64,000 nt of DNA from Candidatus Latescibacterota bacterium (GCA_965237525.1 CBDEFO010000008.1:832001-896000); one strand, 5' to 3'; positions 30,802 to 41,713 are shown, counted from the first letter of the stretch. A program made the numbers and translations. Notes: generated by a model from the sequence alone, not told the origin.

Positions 30802-32309
30802 AAGCCTTGTGAAATAGTTATGTCCCAGGCAGCGTCTGAAGCGCCGATTATGGGTCAAAGAGAAGCATATCGTATCGTTTTGCTGTGGAATAAGCAAAAT
30901 AGTCTTATCAGAGTTCTGGTCAGCAAGGAATAGGAGCTGTTTGAAGAACCACTGTCTTTGACAGACAGGGCACACATAGACGCTTTCCCCCTTCTTATGA
31001 AAGATACAAGCCTCTTGAGATTCTGTACTGTTGCAACAAGATTCAACTGTTCATTCAGTGAGGCTGGTCCTCTGTAACGGGCTCGTCCCATACCGTGTTG
31101 TTGCCTGGCTTCAGCAAAGATATGTTCACTGCGTTTACGGAGTCTCCGGGAGAGTTTGTAGTCAGCTGTTAATGAGATAGACCGTGCATGATTTCTGGCT
31201 TTCGCCTCTCGCACTTTTCTATCCCGTTCGGCCTGAATATGTGCTGAATTTGTCTTGTTTTTCCATGTAGGAATCGGTTCAATCTTCTCATCGGCTCGCA
31301 GAGGAATATGGGGTATGATTCCCCGGTCAAGTACATCAGCGATAAAATTACCAGAACCGTAACCGGTATCGGCACTAAGTGTCTGAATGTCTTTGGGCAT
31401 GATGTATGTTTCAAGGTCATCTACCATCTTAAGGGCACTTTCGGGCTCTGCTGTCCCTGTCGCCTGCGTGCCCTGAGTCTCAAGGATTACTCTGCTTTTT
31501 GTGTCGATCAGATCATGGCCCATAAACGAGAGAAAAGCCCCTTTGCCCTTCGATTTGCTGTATAAGCGCGCGTCGGGGTCTGTAGTCGAACGGTGTGTTT
31601 GGTTCGTCCACTTTTCACCATGAAAGTCTTTATCCTGAGGATGCCCGGACCTACCCTTTGTCTTATTCAAAACCGATTCCCTTGAGATAATCATCAAGAG
31701 AAACAGGGGGTTCTATCGGCTCAATACTTTTCACTGAAGCATCAGCTTGTATCTGAGTGCCGTCGACACTAAGGTGTTTACCGCTCACAAGACCGACATC
31801 TATGCAACACTGGACTACCTGACGCATTATCCGTTCAAACAACCCACTGGATGCCCACTTGTGATTGCGAAGCTTGTTGATCGTGCTCCTATCCGGAACC
31901 GCATCATCAAATGTCTGATGACAAAACAACCGATATGCCGCATGCATCCCCACTTCCTGACAGAGCCGATTCTCACTCAAATTATACAGATAGCCAATAA
32001 GGATCATTCGAACAACTAATTCAGGATCAATACCGGGTCTGCCATTGTCAGGGCAATAACAATCTGATACAACGTCTCGTACAAATGAAAAATCAACTGC
32101 CTCATCAATCTGACGAAGGATATGATCCTCGGGAACTAAATCCTCCATCTGAAAATAGTGAAACATCGGATTTGTCTGTTCCTGCTTTTGTGGGGTCATT
32201 GTTTCCTCCATGTATAATATTATCAATAACATAATATAATACATCGGAACTGCTTTATCAATGCTTGTTCTATACTACTTTCTGAATCTAAGGGTTTTTC
32301 ACAAGGCTT
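30802..32309 (-). mobile_element. IS1182-family copy with frameshifted transposase
   Basis: Same IRs; small deletions at ~30950 (in frame) and ~31665 (frameshift); transposase split into 31663..32244 and 30855..31697. Confidence 0.85.
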
Positions 32310-32502
32310 TTAATTTATTGTAAATTCTCACAGTGCTGGCGTTTTCGTAAGAGCCAGGTTACGCGGCCCGCGAGAGGGCGAGTGAACCTCGCCCCTACAT
32401 GCATCGTTACGGCGTGGAGGGAACAAGCCATCCCCGATAGGTTCATTCGGGGAAGTGGTTCGCCCGATTTTCCGTATTTTTAGTGCAGACAGGTGCGTGC
32501 CC

Positions 32503-32730
32503 CTACAGATTTATCCCTTCGGCTACATCTCTTCCTCCGGCGACGGCCCGAATAATCTCAACCTTGTCCCCTTCGACGATGAGGGTCTCGTCAAGCTTCT
32601 CCTTGGGAACGACGGACATATTTAAGGCTACTGCAACCGCCTCCTTTTCTATTTCGAGAGAATCTATCAGGTCAGCCATAGTCTTTTTCTCTTCAAGCTC
32701 GTATTCTTGGCCGTTCAGCGTGATCTTCAT
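32503..32730 (-). CDS. thiS: Sulfur carrier protein ThiS with a short extension after GG
   Basis: MKITLNG...AVALN...GDKVEIIRAVAGG, followed by RDVAEGINL. Confidence 0.9.
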   Translation of the reverse strand: MKITLNGQEYELEEKKTMADLIDSLEIEKEAVAVALNMSVVPKEKLDETLIVEGDKVEIIRAVAGGRDVAEGINL

Positions 32731-32814
32731 GATATCTTATTGGTGGTTTAACAAGCTGACAGCATAAGGAGAAGCGAAGCCGAACCAATCTCCCAGTTTT
32801 CAGACTAATGTCCA

Positions 32815-33972
32815 CTAATTTTGGGCGTTAAATCTGCTGAGCAAAAAGGGCTCCAGTGGGAAAGACGTATCTCCGGTCGTTATCAGGTCACAGCTGAGCT
32901 GCCCAGTTATGGGGGCCAGCAGGATGCCGTTTCGATAGTGACCTACAGCCATTATCAACCCCGCAAGCTCCGTAGCCCCCAGTATCGGGAGTTCGTCCGG
33001 CGTGCCGGGCCTCAATCCCGCATATGTGGAGGAAAGAGAACAGTTTTTCAATACGGGAGCCATCTCGAGTGCGCCGTTAAGGAGATAAGAGACTCCCTCT
33101 GCCGTCACGCGCTTGTCATACCCCGCCTCCTCGACGGTGGAGCCGACAACCAGTTGGCCGTTCAGTTTGGGAGCAAAATATCTCTTGGAATAGATAACGT
33201 GCTGGAATAGGGGCTCGGACCCCATATCCAATGCCAGAATCTGGCCCTTAACAGGCCTGACAGGAGGCCTTAAGCTTTCGTCAACTCCGCCTATAGTATT
33301 AGCCCAGCTTCCGGCGGCGTTTACGACCGTCTCACAGGTGAAGTCGCCGCCGGTCGTCCGAACCCCTGTGACTTTAGATCCTTGAGACATACTAGATCCG
33401 TGAGACATATTAGATCCTTTGGACATAATGGACAGGGCCTGGACTCCCTGCACGATCTCCACCCCCGTATTTATGGCTGCAAGGGACAGGGCATAAGACA
33501 GCTTCCGGTTTTCAACTTGACGATCCCATGGGAAATACAGGGCGCCCCGGATATCGGGGGACAGGTTGGGTTCCAGCTTCAGGACTTCGTCGGACGTAAG
33601 TTCCTGGCCCGGCAGCCCGCTCTGGAACTGCCAACCGTAATCTATCTTCAGTCTTTCATATTCCGCCTCGTTAAAGCCCGGCATAATCGCGCCCTGGGTG
33701 CGATATTCGACGTCCACTCCAGTTTCGTCCTTCAACTGTTCACAGAAATCCGGGTAGAGTTCTCTGCTTTTAAGCAGAAGGTCAAAGAAGGCCTCATGCT
33801 TGATGTTCTCGCACTGAGGGGCGAGCATCCCTGCGGCTGCCCAGGAGGCTTCGCTGCCCGGCTGTGACCTCTCCAGGAGTATGGCGCTTACTCCGCGGCT
33901 GGCAAGCTGTCGGGCTATGGCGAGCCCTATGACTCCTCCTCCGATTACGATCACGTCAGATGTCTTCATCAC
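32815..33972 (-). CDS. thiO: Glycine oxidase ThiO
   Basis: GGGVIG, ASWAAAGML, PVKGQ, GLRP and GHYRNGILLAP motifs; under a TPP riboswitch. Confidence 0.93.
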   Translation of the reverse strand: MMKTSDVIVIGGGVIGLAIARQLASRGVSAILLERSQPGSEASWAAAGMLAPQCENIKHEAFFDLLLKSRELYPDFCEQLKDETGVDVEYRTQGAIMPGFNEAEYERLKIDYGWQFQSGLPGQELTSDEVLKLEPNLSPDIRGALYFPWDRQVENRKLSYALSLAAINTGVEIVQGVQALSIMSKGSNMSHGSSMSQGSKVTGVRTTGGDFTCETVVNAAGSWANTIGGVDESLRPPVRPVKGQILALDMGSEPLFQHVIYSKRYFAPKLNGQLVVGSTVEEAGYDKRVTAEGVSYLLNGALEMAPVLKNCSLSSTYAGLRPGTPDELPILGATELAGLIMAVGHYRNGILLAPITGQLSCDLITTGDTSFPLEPFLLSRFNAQN

Positions 33973-33991
33973 AGGTTATCTCTGTGCGCAT

Positions 33992-34059
33992 AAAAAAGCC
34001 GCTTCTCTGTCTCCGAAGAGCATCGAAGAACCCTCTTGGGCCCTTTGGAGGGAAGCGGC
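33992..34059 (-). terminator. Riboswitch-linked intrinsic terminator
   Basis: GCCGCTTC...GAAGCGGC stem followed by TTTTTT on the minus strand, between the aptamer and thiO. Confidence 0.7.
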
Positions 34060-34081
34060 AAAAGAAGAGGCTATATCTTTA

Positions 34082-34170
34082 GACTGCTTCCCTACGCTGG
34101 CATTAACCAGATCAGGTTCAAGGGGTTGTCCGACAGGGGACTCTCAGATAGTTACACCCCCAGCAGGCCT
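34082..34170 (-). ncRNA. TPP riboswitch aptamer
   Basis: Minus strand GGGGTG...CTGAGA...ACCCCTTGAACCTGATCTGGTTAATGCCAGCGTAGGGAA. Confidence 0.95.
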
Positions 34171-34475
34171 TTCAATAATAAACTACCAAGAATATAGACA
34201 GAAGGACTACCTGGGCGATGAAATCGCCCCTACTTTATAATAAGCATTTTGCCTCGAATTATCAAGGGGAAAATTGATTTGATGTACAGTCGAAGATCAG
34301 AATCCTCAAGCGTGTCAGTCTATCTGGACACAGGTGAATATTCTCTACGTATCCAGTCAAAATAGTCATTATATCGTATGTCCTATTTGGTTCTCTGTTC
34401 CGTGCCTCTGAAACACATAAGCCCCTATCTCATAAAGTCCAGCTTCCTGGTCTTAACAAATCCATCCGTCTCTAA

Positions 34476-36572
34476 CTATAAAAACTCTCCCGTCCTGCCG
34501 AAGTTATCCAGAAAAATCACAAAGTCGGACAGACCGATCTCTTCGTTACTATCCAAATCAAATGTGGGATCCCAATCGGCTGAACTGGCATCCGCCCCGA
34601 ATACATCCAGAAAAAAGACAAAATCGGAAAGACCTACCTTGTTGTCACCGTCAAAATCTCCTACAAGGTCAGGGACGACAACTGTGAAATTAAGCGTCAT
34701 TGAACGCAAAGTAGCAAATCCAAAAGGATCGTCCGTCAGCAAGGTAGCTTGTATCATAACGTATTTTCTGGGACTGGGAGATCTGAACCTGTCCCCCGAA
34801 CGCACATAGGCCTCACTCCAGCCGCTCCAATCGCTCCCTGCGACTGTCTCATCAACTATATCCCCCTTGGCAAAACTGAAAAGCTTATCATACGCCTCTT
34901 TTGCCTCCTCCTCGGTTCCCTCCAATTCCTTGCCTCTGAGATCGTCCCCTACCTTCCTGAAGTAGTGTTTTACCTGCTTGAGCGTATCACCTGTCTTCGT
35001 CTGAATAAGAACATCTGTACCCACCGGCGTATCTGCATCCCACTCCACCGACCTAACATTCTTTGACCCCGGAAGTTCAATGAAGGGGGATCTCCCTCCA
35101 AAGCTAGATACGATCTGGGCCTCCGGCAAATAGCCCTCTCCGAAAAATTGTATCTCCTTTATTGCGCCGCGTCCTCCCCCTCCCCATACCCCAATCAGAA
35201 CCCAGGTGAGGGAGAAGAATTTAGCTTTGGAAACCTCGAATTTCTGGTCGTGATATTTTGTTTGACCAATCTCGCTTTCGTAACCCGCCTCCGCCACAAA
35301 CTTCCAAGCTAAGTTCCCGTCAGGAGTCTTGGAACCGTCCGACAGCCACATGACGTAATTGAGAAGCGTGCCCTGAGCGTGCGTCCCCCCTAAATCCGTA
35401 ATCATCCGAACGTTATCTACAAAAAAGGCGCCTCCAAGATCTATGAGTAACTCGCGCCAAATTTGCACATTGTCCGGTGCCGGGTCGTTCTTATAATATG
35501 TCAAAATGTGGAACGCCGGTTTGATATTACCATCAACTACGTTCGGTTCATCCGGGGCTTCAGTGCTACTTAAAGTGCCGCCGCGATCTAATACACCCAA
35601 ACCGATGTTGTCGCCCACTGACCACACCTCCACCTCTGCTAACCTCGGTAGCGCCCGACGGTAATGGACTATAGGCCCTCGTTTGCTCTCATCTTCTATA
35701 GCCTCCCAATCCTCTTTCCCATCTAACAAACTTAACACTCCTGGAGATTCCTGTCTGAAGTACTCTATATCTCCCCTTTTGTCGGGTTCCAGATTCTCAT
35801 ACTCAGCCTGAGAGACCTGTCTCCCCTTACTGTAATTGCTAGCTGTTATTATCACTCCTACATATCTGATAACATCACCCGTAAACTCTCCTATGGTCCC
35901 GTACGTAGCAGCCTCCGTGAGAGTCAACTCGATCTCAAAGACCCTCTGATCCTTGATCAGCTTGTCCGTCACAAAGACCTGTCTGAATATGAGATTGTTA
36001 AGTGACTCTTCCCCTTGAGACGTGAAGACCCTAAACTGCAAAAATGGATCCCCAAGATCCTCCTCTACGAACTTGAAGACAACCTTATTTGCTGACACAA
36101 CCCGTCCTAAATCAATCTGTACCCACCAACTCTCTATAGGATCATCTATTTCCGGTTCCCAAAAGGTGTCCAGATCACCATCCATAAGGTCAAAGGCCAT
36201 TGATGCGTTAGAACCTGCCGCCAATACCCCTCCTCCATACTCAGATGCATTTGAGACAGCGTTGATGCCAGGAACTCTCACTATCTGGCCATCTATCTCT
36301 ATTTCTGTGCTTTTACGAATGAAGACGGGTCTTACTCCCTCATCAGTAATCTGGAGGGTCTTTGAGGCAGACTTCCAGCGAACCCAATGCTCGTTAGAGT
36401 TGATGACAACCTTGTCGTCCAAGATAGAATATCCCTGAGCTTGGACACGAAAAGGGAAAAGCAAAAGTACCAGCACAAGAATCGTTGAGCAGGTATAACG
36501 GATGATCTTAAGACCTCTCATTATTGTCCTCCTCCCTTTCTGAACGGTGTCCCTGCCTTCCAAAGGGCACAC
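34476..36572 (-). CDS. Large secreted protein with discoidin/F5-8-like regions and a C-terminal dockerin/EF-hand-like pair
   Basis: Signal peptide (likely start MRGLKII); DGDLDTFW...WVQIDLG; tail DFDGDNKVGLSDF...DLDSNEEIGLSDF. Confidence 0.75.
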   Translation of the reverse strand: MCPLEGRDTVQKGRRTIMRGLKIIRYTCSTILVLVLLLFPFRVQAQGYSILDDKVVINSNEHWVRWKSASKTLQITDEGVRPVFIRKSTEIEIDGQIVRVPGINAVSNASEYGGGVLAAGSNASMAFDLMDGDLDTFWEPEIDDPIESWWVQIDLGRVVSANKVVFKFVEEDLGDPFLQFRVFTSQGEESLNNLIFRQVFVTDKLIKDQRVFEIELTLTEAATYGTIGEFTGDVIRYVGVIITASNYSKGRQVSQAEYENLEPDKRGDIEYFRQESPGVLSLLDGKEDWEAIEDESKRGPIVHYRRALPRLAEVEVWSVGDNIGLGVLDRGGTLSSTEAPDEPNVVDGNIKPAFHILTYYKNDPAPDNVQIWRELLIDLGGAFFVDNVRMITDLGGTHAQGTLLNYVMWLSDGSKTPDGNLAWKFVAEAGYESEIGQTKYHDQKFEVSKAKFFSLTWVLIGVWGGGGRGAIKEIQFFGEGYLPEAQIVSSFGGRSPFIELPGSKNVRSVEWDADTPVGTDVLIQTKTGDTLKQVKHYFRKVGDDLRGKELEGTEEEAKEAYDKLFSFAKGDIVDETVAGSDWSGWSEAYVRSGDRFRSPSPRKYVMIQATLLTDDPFGFATLRSMTLNFTVVVPDLVGDFDGDNKVGLSDFVFFLDVFGADASSADWDPTFDLDSNEEIGLSDFVIFLDNFGRTGEFL

Positions 36573-36623
36573 AAAGTGCCTATTCCTGCTAACATTTCCA
36601 AAATCCTCTTCTTTGGAAGTATC

Positions 36624-39353
36624 CTACCTCATCAGTATCAGCTTCCTCGTCTTCACAAATCCATCTGCCTCCAACCGATACAGATACATGCCGGTTGCCA
36701 CAGCATGGCCTGTGTCATCTTTGCCATCCCACAAGACCTTATAGTATCCGTCCGTCTGAACCTCATCCACTAACACACGGACCCTCTGACCGAGCGTGTT
36801 GTACATCAAAATGTTCACGCGGGACGACCTCGGAAGAGCATATTCGATGACCGTAGAGGCATTGAACGGGTTGGGATAGTTCTGGGACAGGGAAAACGTG
36901 CGGGGCAGCAATCTCATCTCCTCCCCTTCAACGGCTGTTACGGTCCCAGGTCCAACGACGATGTGCCTCACCGTATCGCCCGTGATCTGCACCTCTTTAA
37001 TCTCCCCCTTCGACAGTCCACTTCCCGAAGGCGGAAGGACCGTCAGATCGTACGTCCCAAGGGCAAGTTTCATGCTGTAGGTGCCGTCTCTCTGCGCGCC
37101 CACAAGAGCATAGTTGCCGGTAGCCGGATCGTAAGCCTCGATTAAAAGGCCAGCTATACCGCGAGCCTCTTTGTCGGTCACCGTTCCAGACAGCGTGAAT
37201 GTGGATTCCGGGGATGGAAGGACGATGTCCAGCGTCTGATCGGCGCTCACTTCTACATCCGCCAACTTGCGTCCGACAAGGGCAAAGACGAGCAGATCTT
37301 CGACAGGGGCAAGAACGAGCAAATCATAAGTTCCGGGCAACAAGCGGATGCGGTACGATCCGTCAGAGGACGTCTGGGTGTATTCGAAGCTCGTAGGACT
37401 ATCTGCATAGACAGAAACATCTGCTACGCCTTTGCCCTCAGGGTCCGTCACCCTTCCGGAGAGAAGAAAGCCGGACTCCAACACGATGTCCAGAGACGTA
37501 TCCTCGGTGACTTCAATGCCCTCGATCATCTCCGGTTTAGGAAATTCGTCTGAAGAAACGTTGATCGAGAGACTATAAGTTCCGGGCAACAAGCGGATGC
37601 GGTACGACCCATCAGAGGATGTCCGGGTATATCCGGAGCCCGTAGGACTATGAGCGTCGACAGAAACATCTGCTATACCTTTGCCCTCAGGGTCAGTCAC
37701 TCTTCCGGAGAGGAGGAAGCCGGGTTCCAAGATGATATCTAGAGACATATCCTCGGTCAGCTCTATGTCCTCCATACTTGGCTTGGCGAATTCGCTTCCT
37801 GAAGGAACGTTGATCGAGAGACTATAGGTTCCGGACAACAAGCGGATGCGATACGACCCATCAGAGGACGTATAGGTGTATTCGAAGCGCGTAGGACTAT
37901 AAGCTAAGACAAAAACATCCGCTATGCCTTTGCCCTCAAGGTCAGTCACCCTTCCGGATAGGAGGTAGCCACTCGTCAAGGTGATGTCTAACGTCACGTC
38001 TTCCTCGACGTCCACCTCCGTAGAGGCTGGTCGGAGAAGGTCGCTTCCGAGAGGGGGAGTAACCTGGATGTAATATCGCCCCAGCGATAGGAGCATTGTA
38101 TAGGTGCCGTCTACGCCAGTTATAGCGGATACTCTGCCGGCTTGGATCTTAACGCCGGATACGGGCCTTCCCTGCTCGTCGGTCACCTTGCCCGAGAGAT
38201 TGGAATTCCCTATAATAGATATCAATAACACGGATACAGTAGTGCTGCGCCCAATAGCCGTAGCCAGGTCATTATCTCCATCTCCATCTAAATCAGCACC
38301 GAAAACTGAAAGGGGAAGATGTCCAACGAAATAGTCCACCTTAGGTGCAAATGTTCCATCTCCATTGTTCAACAATACTGATACACTATTGCCGTCCCTG
38401 TTCGCCACAGCTAAATCATTATCTCCATCTCCGTCTAAATCCGCACTGAACAGTGACCAGGGACGACTTCCAACACCATATTCCACCTTGGGTGCGAATG
38501 TACCATCCCCATTATTCAGCAACACTGACACAGTATTGCCGGGGCTAGTGGAGAATCCCCCGTTCGCCACAGCTAAGTCATTATCTCCATCACCATCTAA
38601 ATCTGCACTGAAAACTGAACGGAGACCTTCTCCAGCGTCATAGTCCACCTTAGGTGCAAATGTTCTATCTCCATTGTTCATCAATACTGATACAACACTC
38701 ATGACCAGAGTGCCGAAAACAGTTCTAAGTGCAGTCCCCTGATTAGCCACAACCAGGTCATTATCTCCATCCCCGTCTAGATCTGCACTGAACACTGATA
38801 TGGGATCACTCCCAGCGTCATAGTCCACCTTAGCTGCAAATGTACCATCCCCATTATTCAATAACACTGACACAGTACCGCTGGTCCGATTAGCCACAGC
38901 CAGGTCATTATGCCCATCTCCATCTAAATCCACACTGAAAACTGATGAGGGGTTACTTCCAACAGCATAGTCCACCTTAGGTACGAATGTTCCATTTCCA
39001 TTATTCAACAACACTGATACAGTATTGCTAACCCCATTAGCCACAGCCAGGTCATTATCTCCATCCCCATCTATATCCACAATGAATACTGAACGGGGAG
39101 CATGCCCAACGCCATAGTCCACCTTAGCTGCAAATGTACCATCCCCTTTATTCAACAACACTGACACAGTACCCCTAGGGTCAACCTGTGTGCTGGACTG
39201 ATTAGCCGTAACCAAGTCATTATTGCCATCACCATCTAAATCTGCACTGAATACTGATTGGGGATCCCACGCAACGGTATAGTCAGTTGCATAGGCAGGC
39301 GCATTCAAAGCGACCAGCAGTGTCAGGACAGCATAGGATATTCTCCAGCCCAA
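36624..39353 (-). CDS. Secreted FG-GAP/VCBS-repeat protein with carboxypeptidase-regulatory-like repeats and FlgD-Ig/T9SS-A-like tail
   Basis: Seven DxDGDGxNDL repeats, about five LSGxVTD repeats, and LSQNYPNPFN...WDGKD...KTRKLILMR. Confidence 0.88.
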   Translation of the reverse strand: MGWRISYAVLTLLVALNAPAYATDYTVAWDPQSVFSADLDGDGNNDLVTANQSSTQVDPRGTVSVLLNKGDGTFAAKVDYGVGHAPRSVFIVDIDGDGDNDLAVANGVSNTVSVLLNNGNGTFVPKVDYAVGSNPSSVFSVDLDGDGHNDLAVANRTSGTVSVLLNNGDGTFAAKVDYDAGSDPISVFSADLDGDGDNDLVVANQGTALRTVFGTLVMSVVSVLMNNGDRTFAPKVDYDAGEGLRSVFSADLDGDGDNDLAVANGGFSTSPGNTVSVLLNNGDGTFAPKVEYGVGSRPWSLFSADLDGDGDNDLAVANRDGNSVSVLLNNGDGTFAPKVDYFVGHLPLSVFGADLDGDGDNDLATAIGRSTTVSVLLISIIGNSNLSGKVTDEQGRPVSGVKIQAGRVSAITGVDGTYTMLLSLGRYYIQVTPPLGSDLLRPASTEVDVEEDVTLDITLTSGYLLSGRVTDLEGKGIADVFVLAYSPTRFEYTYTSSDGSYRIRLLSGTYSLSINVPSGSEFAKPSMEDIELTEDMSLDIILEPGFLLSGRVTDPEGKGIADVSVDAHSPTGSGYTRTSSDGSYRIRLLPGTYSLSINVSSDEFPKPEMIEGIEVTEDTSLDIVLESGFLLSGRVTDPEGKGVADVSVYADSPTSFEYTQTSSDGSYRIRLLPGTYDLLVLAPVEDLLVFALVGRKLADVEVSADQTLDIVLPSPESTFTLSGTVTDKEARGIAGLLIEAYDPATGNYALVGAQRDGTYSMKLALGTYDLTVLPPSGSGLSKGEIKEVQITGDTVRHIVVGPGTVTAVEGEEMRLLPRTFSLSQNYPNPFNASTVIEYALPRSSRVNILMYNTLGQRVRVLVDEVQTDGYYKVLWDGKDDTGHAVATGMYLYRLEADGFVKTRKLILMR

Positions 39354-39412
39354 TTTGAGGTTCTCCTTTTCTCAGGTAGATTATCTAACCGACATTCCGC
39401 ATATCACATTCA

Positions 39413-40931
39413 AAGCCTTGTGAAAAACCCTTAGATTCAGAAAGTAGTATAGAACAAGCATTGATAAAGCAGCTCCGATGTATTATATTATGTTATTGAT
39501 AATATTATACATGGAGGAAACAATGACCCCACAAAAGCAGGAACAGACAAATCCGATGTTTCACTATTTTCAGATGGAGGATTTAGTTCCCGAGGATCAT
39601 ATCCTTCGTCAGATTGATGAGGCAGTTGATTTTTCATTTGTACGAGACGTTGTATCAGATTGTTATTGCCCTGACAATGGCAGACCCGGTATTGATCCTG
39701 AATTAGTTGTTCGAATGATCCTTATTGGCTATCTGTATAATTTGAGTGAGAATCGGCTCTGTCAGGAAGTGGGGATGCATGCGGCATATCGGTTGTTTTG
39801 TCATCAGACATTTGATGATGCGGTTCCGGATAGGAGCACGATCAACAAGCTTCGCAATCACAAGTGGGCATCCAGTGGGTTGTTTGAACGGATAATGCGT
39901 CAGGTAGTCCAGTGTTGCATAGATGTCGGTGTTGTGAGCGGTAAACACCTTAGTGTCGACGGCACTCAGATACAAGCTGATGCTTCAGTGAAAAGTATTG
40001 AGCCGATAGAACCCCCTGTTTCTCTTGATGATTATCTCAAGGGAATCGGTTTTGAAGGTGATAAGACAAAGGGTAGGTCCGGGCATCCTCAGGATAAAGA
40101 CTTTCATGGTGAAAAGTGGACGAACCAAACACACCGTTCGACTACAGACCCCGACGCGCGCTTATACAGCAAATCGAAGGGCAAAGGGGCTTTTCTCTCG
40201 TTTATGGGCCATGATCTGATCGACACAAAAAGCAGAGTAATCCTTGAGACTCAGGGCACGCAGGCGACAGGGACAGCAGAGCCCGAAAGTGCCCTTAAGA
40301 TGGTAGATGACCTTGAAACATACACCATGCCCAAAGACATTCAGACACTTAGTGCCGATACCGGTTACGGTTCTGGTAATTTTATCGCTGATGTACTTGA
40401 CCGGGGAATCATACCCCATATTCCTCTGCGAGCCGATGAGAAGATTGAACCGATTCCTACATGGAAAAACAAGACAAATCCAGCACATATTCAGGCCGAA
40501 CGGGATAGAAAAGTGCGAGAGGCGAAAGCCAGAAATCATGCACGGTCTATCTCATTAACAGCTGACTACAAACTCTCCCGGAGACTCCGTAAACGCAGTG
40601 AACATATCTTTGCTGAAGCCAGGCAACAACACGGTATGGGACGAGCCCGTTATAGAGGACCAGCCTCACTGAATGAACAGTTGAATCTTGTTGCAACAGT
40701 ACAGAATCTCAAGAGGCTTGTATCTTTCATAAGAAGGGGGAAAGCGTCTATGTGTGCCCTGTCTGTCAAAGACAGTGCATCCTGTTCTTCAAACAGCTCC
40801 TATTCCTTGCTGACCAGAACTCTGATAAGACTATTTTGCTTATTCCACAGCAAAACGATACGATATGCTTCTCTTTGACCCATAATCGGCGCTTCAGACG
40901 CTGCCTGGGACATAACTATTTCACAAGGCTT
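39413..40931 (+). mobile_element. IS1182-family element, intact (transposase 39478..40878)
   Basis: 1519 bp, same IRs, near-identical transposase. Confidence 0.92.
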
Positions 40932-40944
40932 TTAGTAAAGGTCC

Positions 40945-41403
40945 CTAAGAACGACAAAGGCCATCTGGCTCGCACTTTACTCGCACTTTAAGAGTATGGC
41001 CTTTCTTCCCCTTCCATTCATAGGACTCAATACGCTCCCACTTCAGAAATTCCCCGAAATGCAAGATCCCCCTTTCCCTGATCTCCAGCTTGGTCAATCC
41101 GATATAGAGAGAGATAGCTACAAGAGATAGGGACCAAAGACTCCAATAGAGAAGAGAGAGCGTCGGTGACTGGAACATCTCACCACCTCTAAATGTGGGA
41201 TAGAGAAAGATTGCTGCAAAGAAGATAGCCACAAAGAGACCCAAAATCAACCTGATTTTGGAACGGCCGAGATCCAGCATAACTGGACCTGCACGCCTTT
41301 TTCGCAGGACCCAGATGATAAAGGGCACCCACGCCGCTAGAATTAACACCTTTAGTACAATAGAGCCTATTATACTTCCAATTAACGGCATCATAGCCTT
41401 CAT
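40945..41403 (-). CDS. Hypothetical membrane protein (3 TM helices plus a PH-like C-terminal segment)
   Basis: Hydrophobic helices followed by EIRERGI...LKWERIESYEW. Confidence 0.6.
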   Translation of the reverse strand: MKAMMPLIGSIIGSIVLKVLILAAWVPFIIWVLRKRRAGPVMLDLGRSKIRLILGLFVAIFFAAIFLYPTFRGGEMFQSPTLSLLYWSLWSLSLVAISLYIGLTKLEIRERGILHFGEFLKWERIESYEWKGKKGHTLKVRVKCEPDGLCRS

Positions 41404-41713
41404 TCCTCAAGGTAAAAGAGCCCTGATTGTGACATCTTCTGCCCTAGTCTCCACAGTTTTTGCCGTCAGTATTCGTCAGGGTCGATCAATTAGGAGGGAA
41501 GATACAAAATAAGCTAGTGACTGTCAATAGAGGATCGGAAGTTGCCGCAGAGTTTACAGATCTCATCCTGGAGGTGATTGAGCCTCGATTGAATATCGAC
41601 CAGGGGCGGGGTTACCCCGCCCTTGCTACTAACCCGAATAATTCACAAAAAAGGACGTGTATTAATTAAGGGATTGTATTATATTATACTTATGACGTTT
41701 AAGCACCTTCGGT

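Larger units (their letters stand above)
27097..32446. repeat. Three-copy tandem array of a ~1.94 kb unit (ligase 5' end and leader, IS1182, REP flank); middle copy scrambled
   Basis: Units begin at GGTTCAT 27097, 29031 and 30500; the last GGTTCAT is at 32440. Unit lengths 1934, 1469 and 1940. Confidence 0.85.

Noticed and set aside
38260..39270. Regularly spaced DNA repeats resembling a CRISPR array or DGR template/variable repeats
   Set aside because: Explained by FG-GAP protein repeats. No reverse transcriptase is present, and I saw no adenine-specific pattern.
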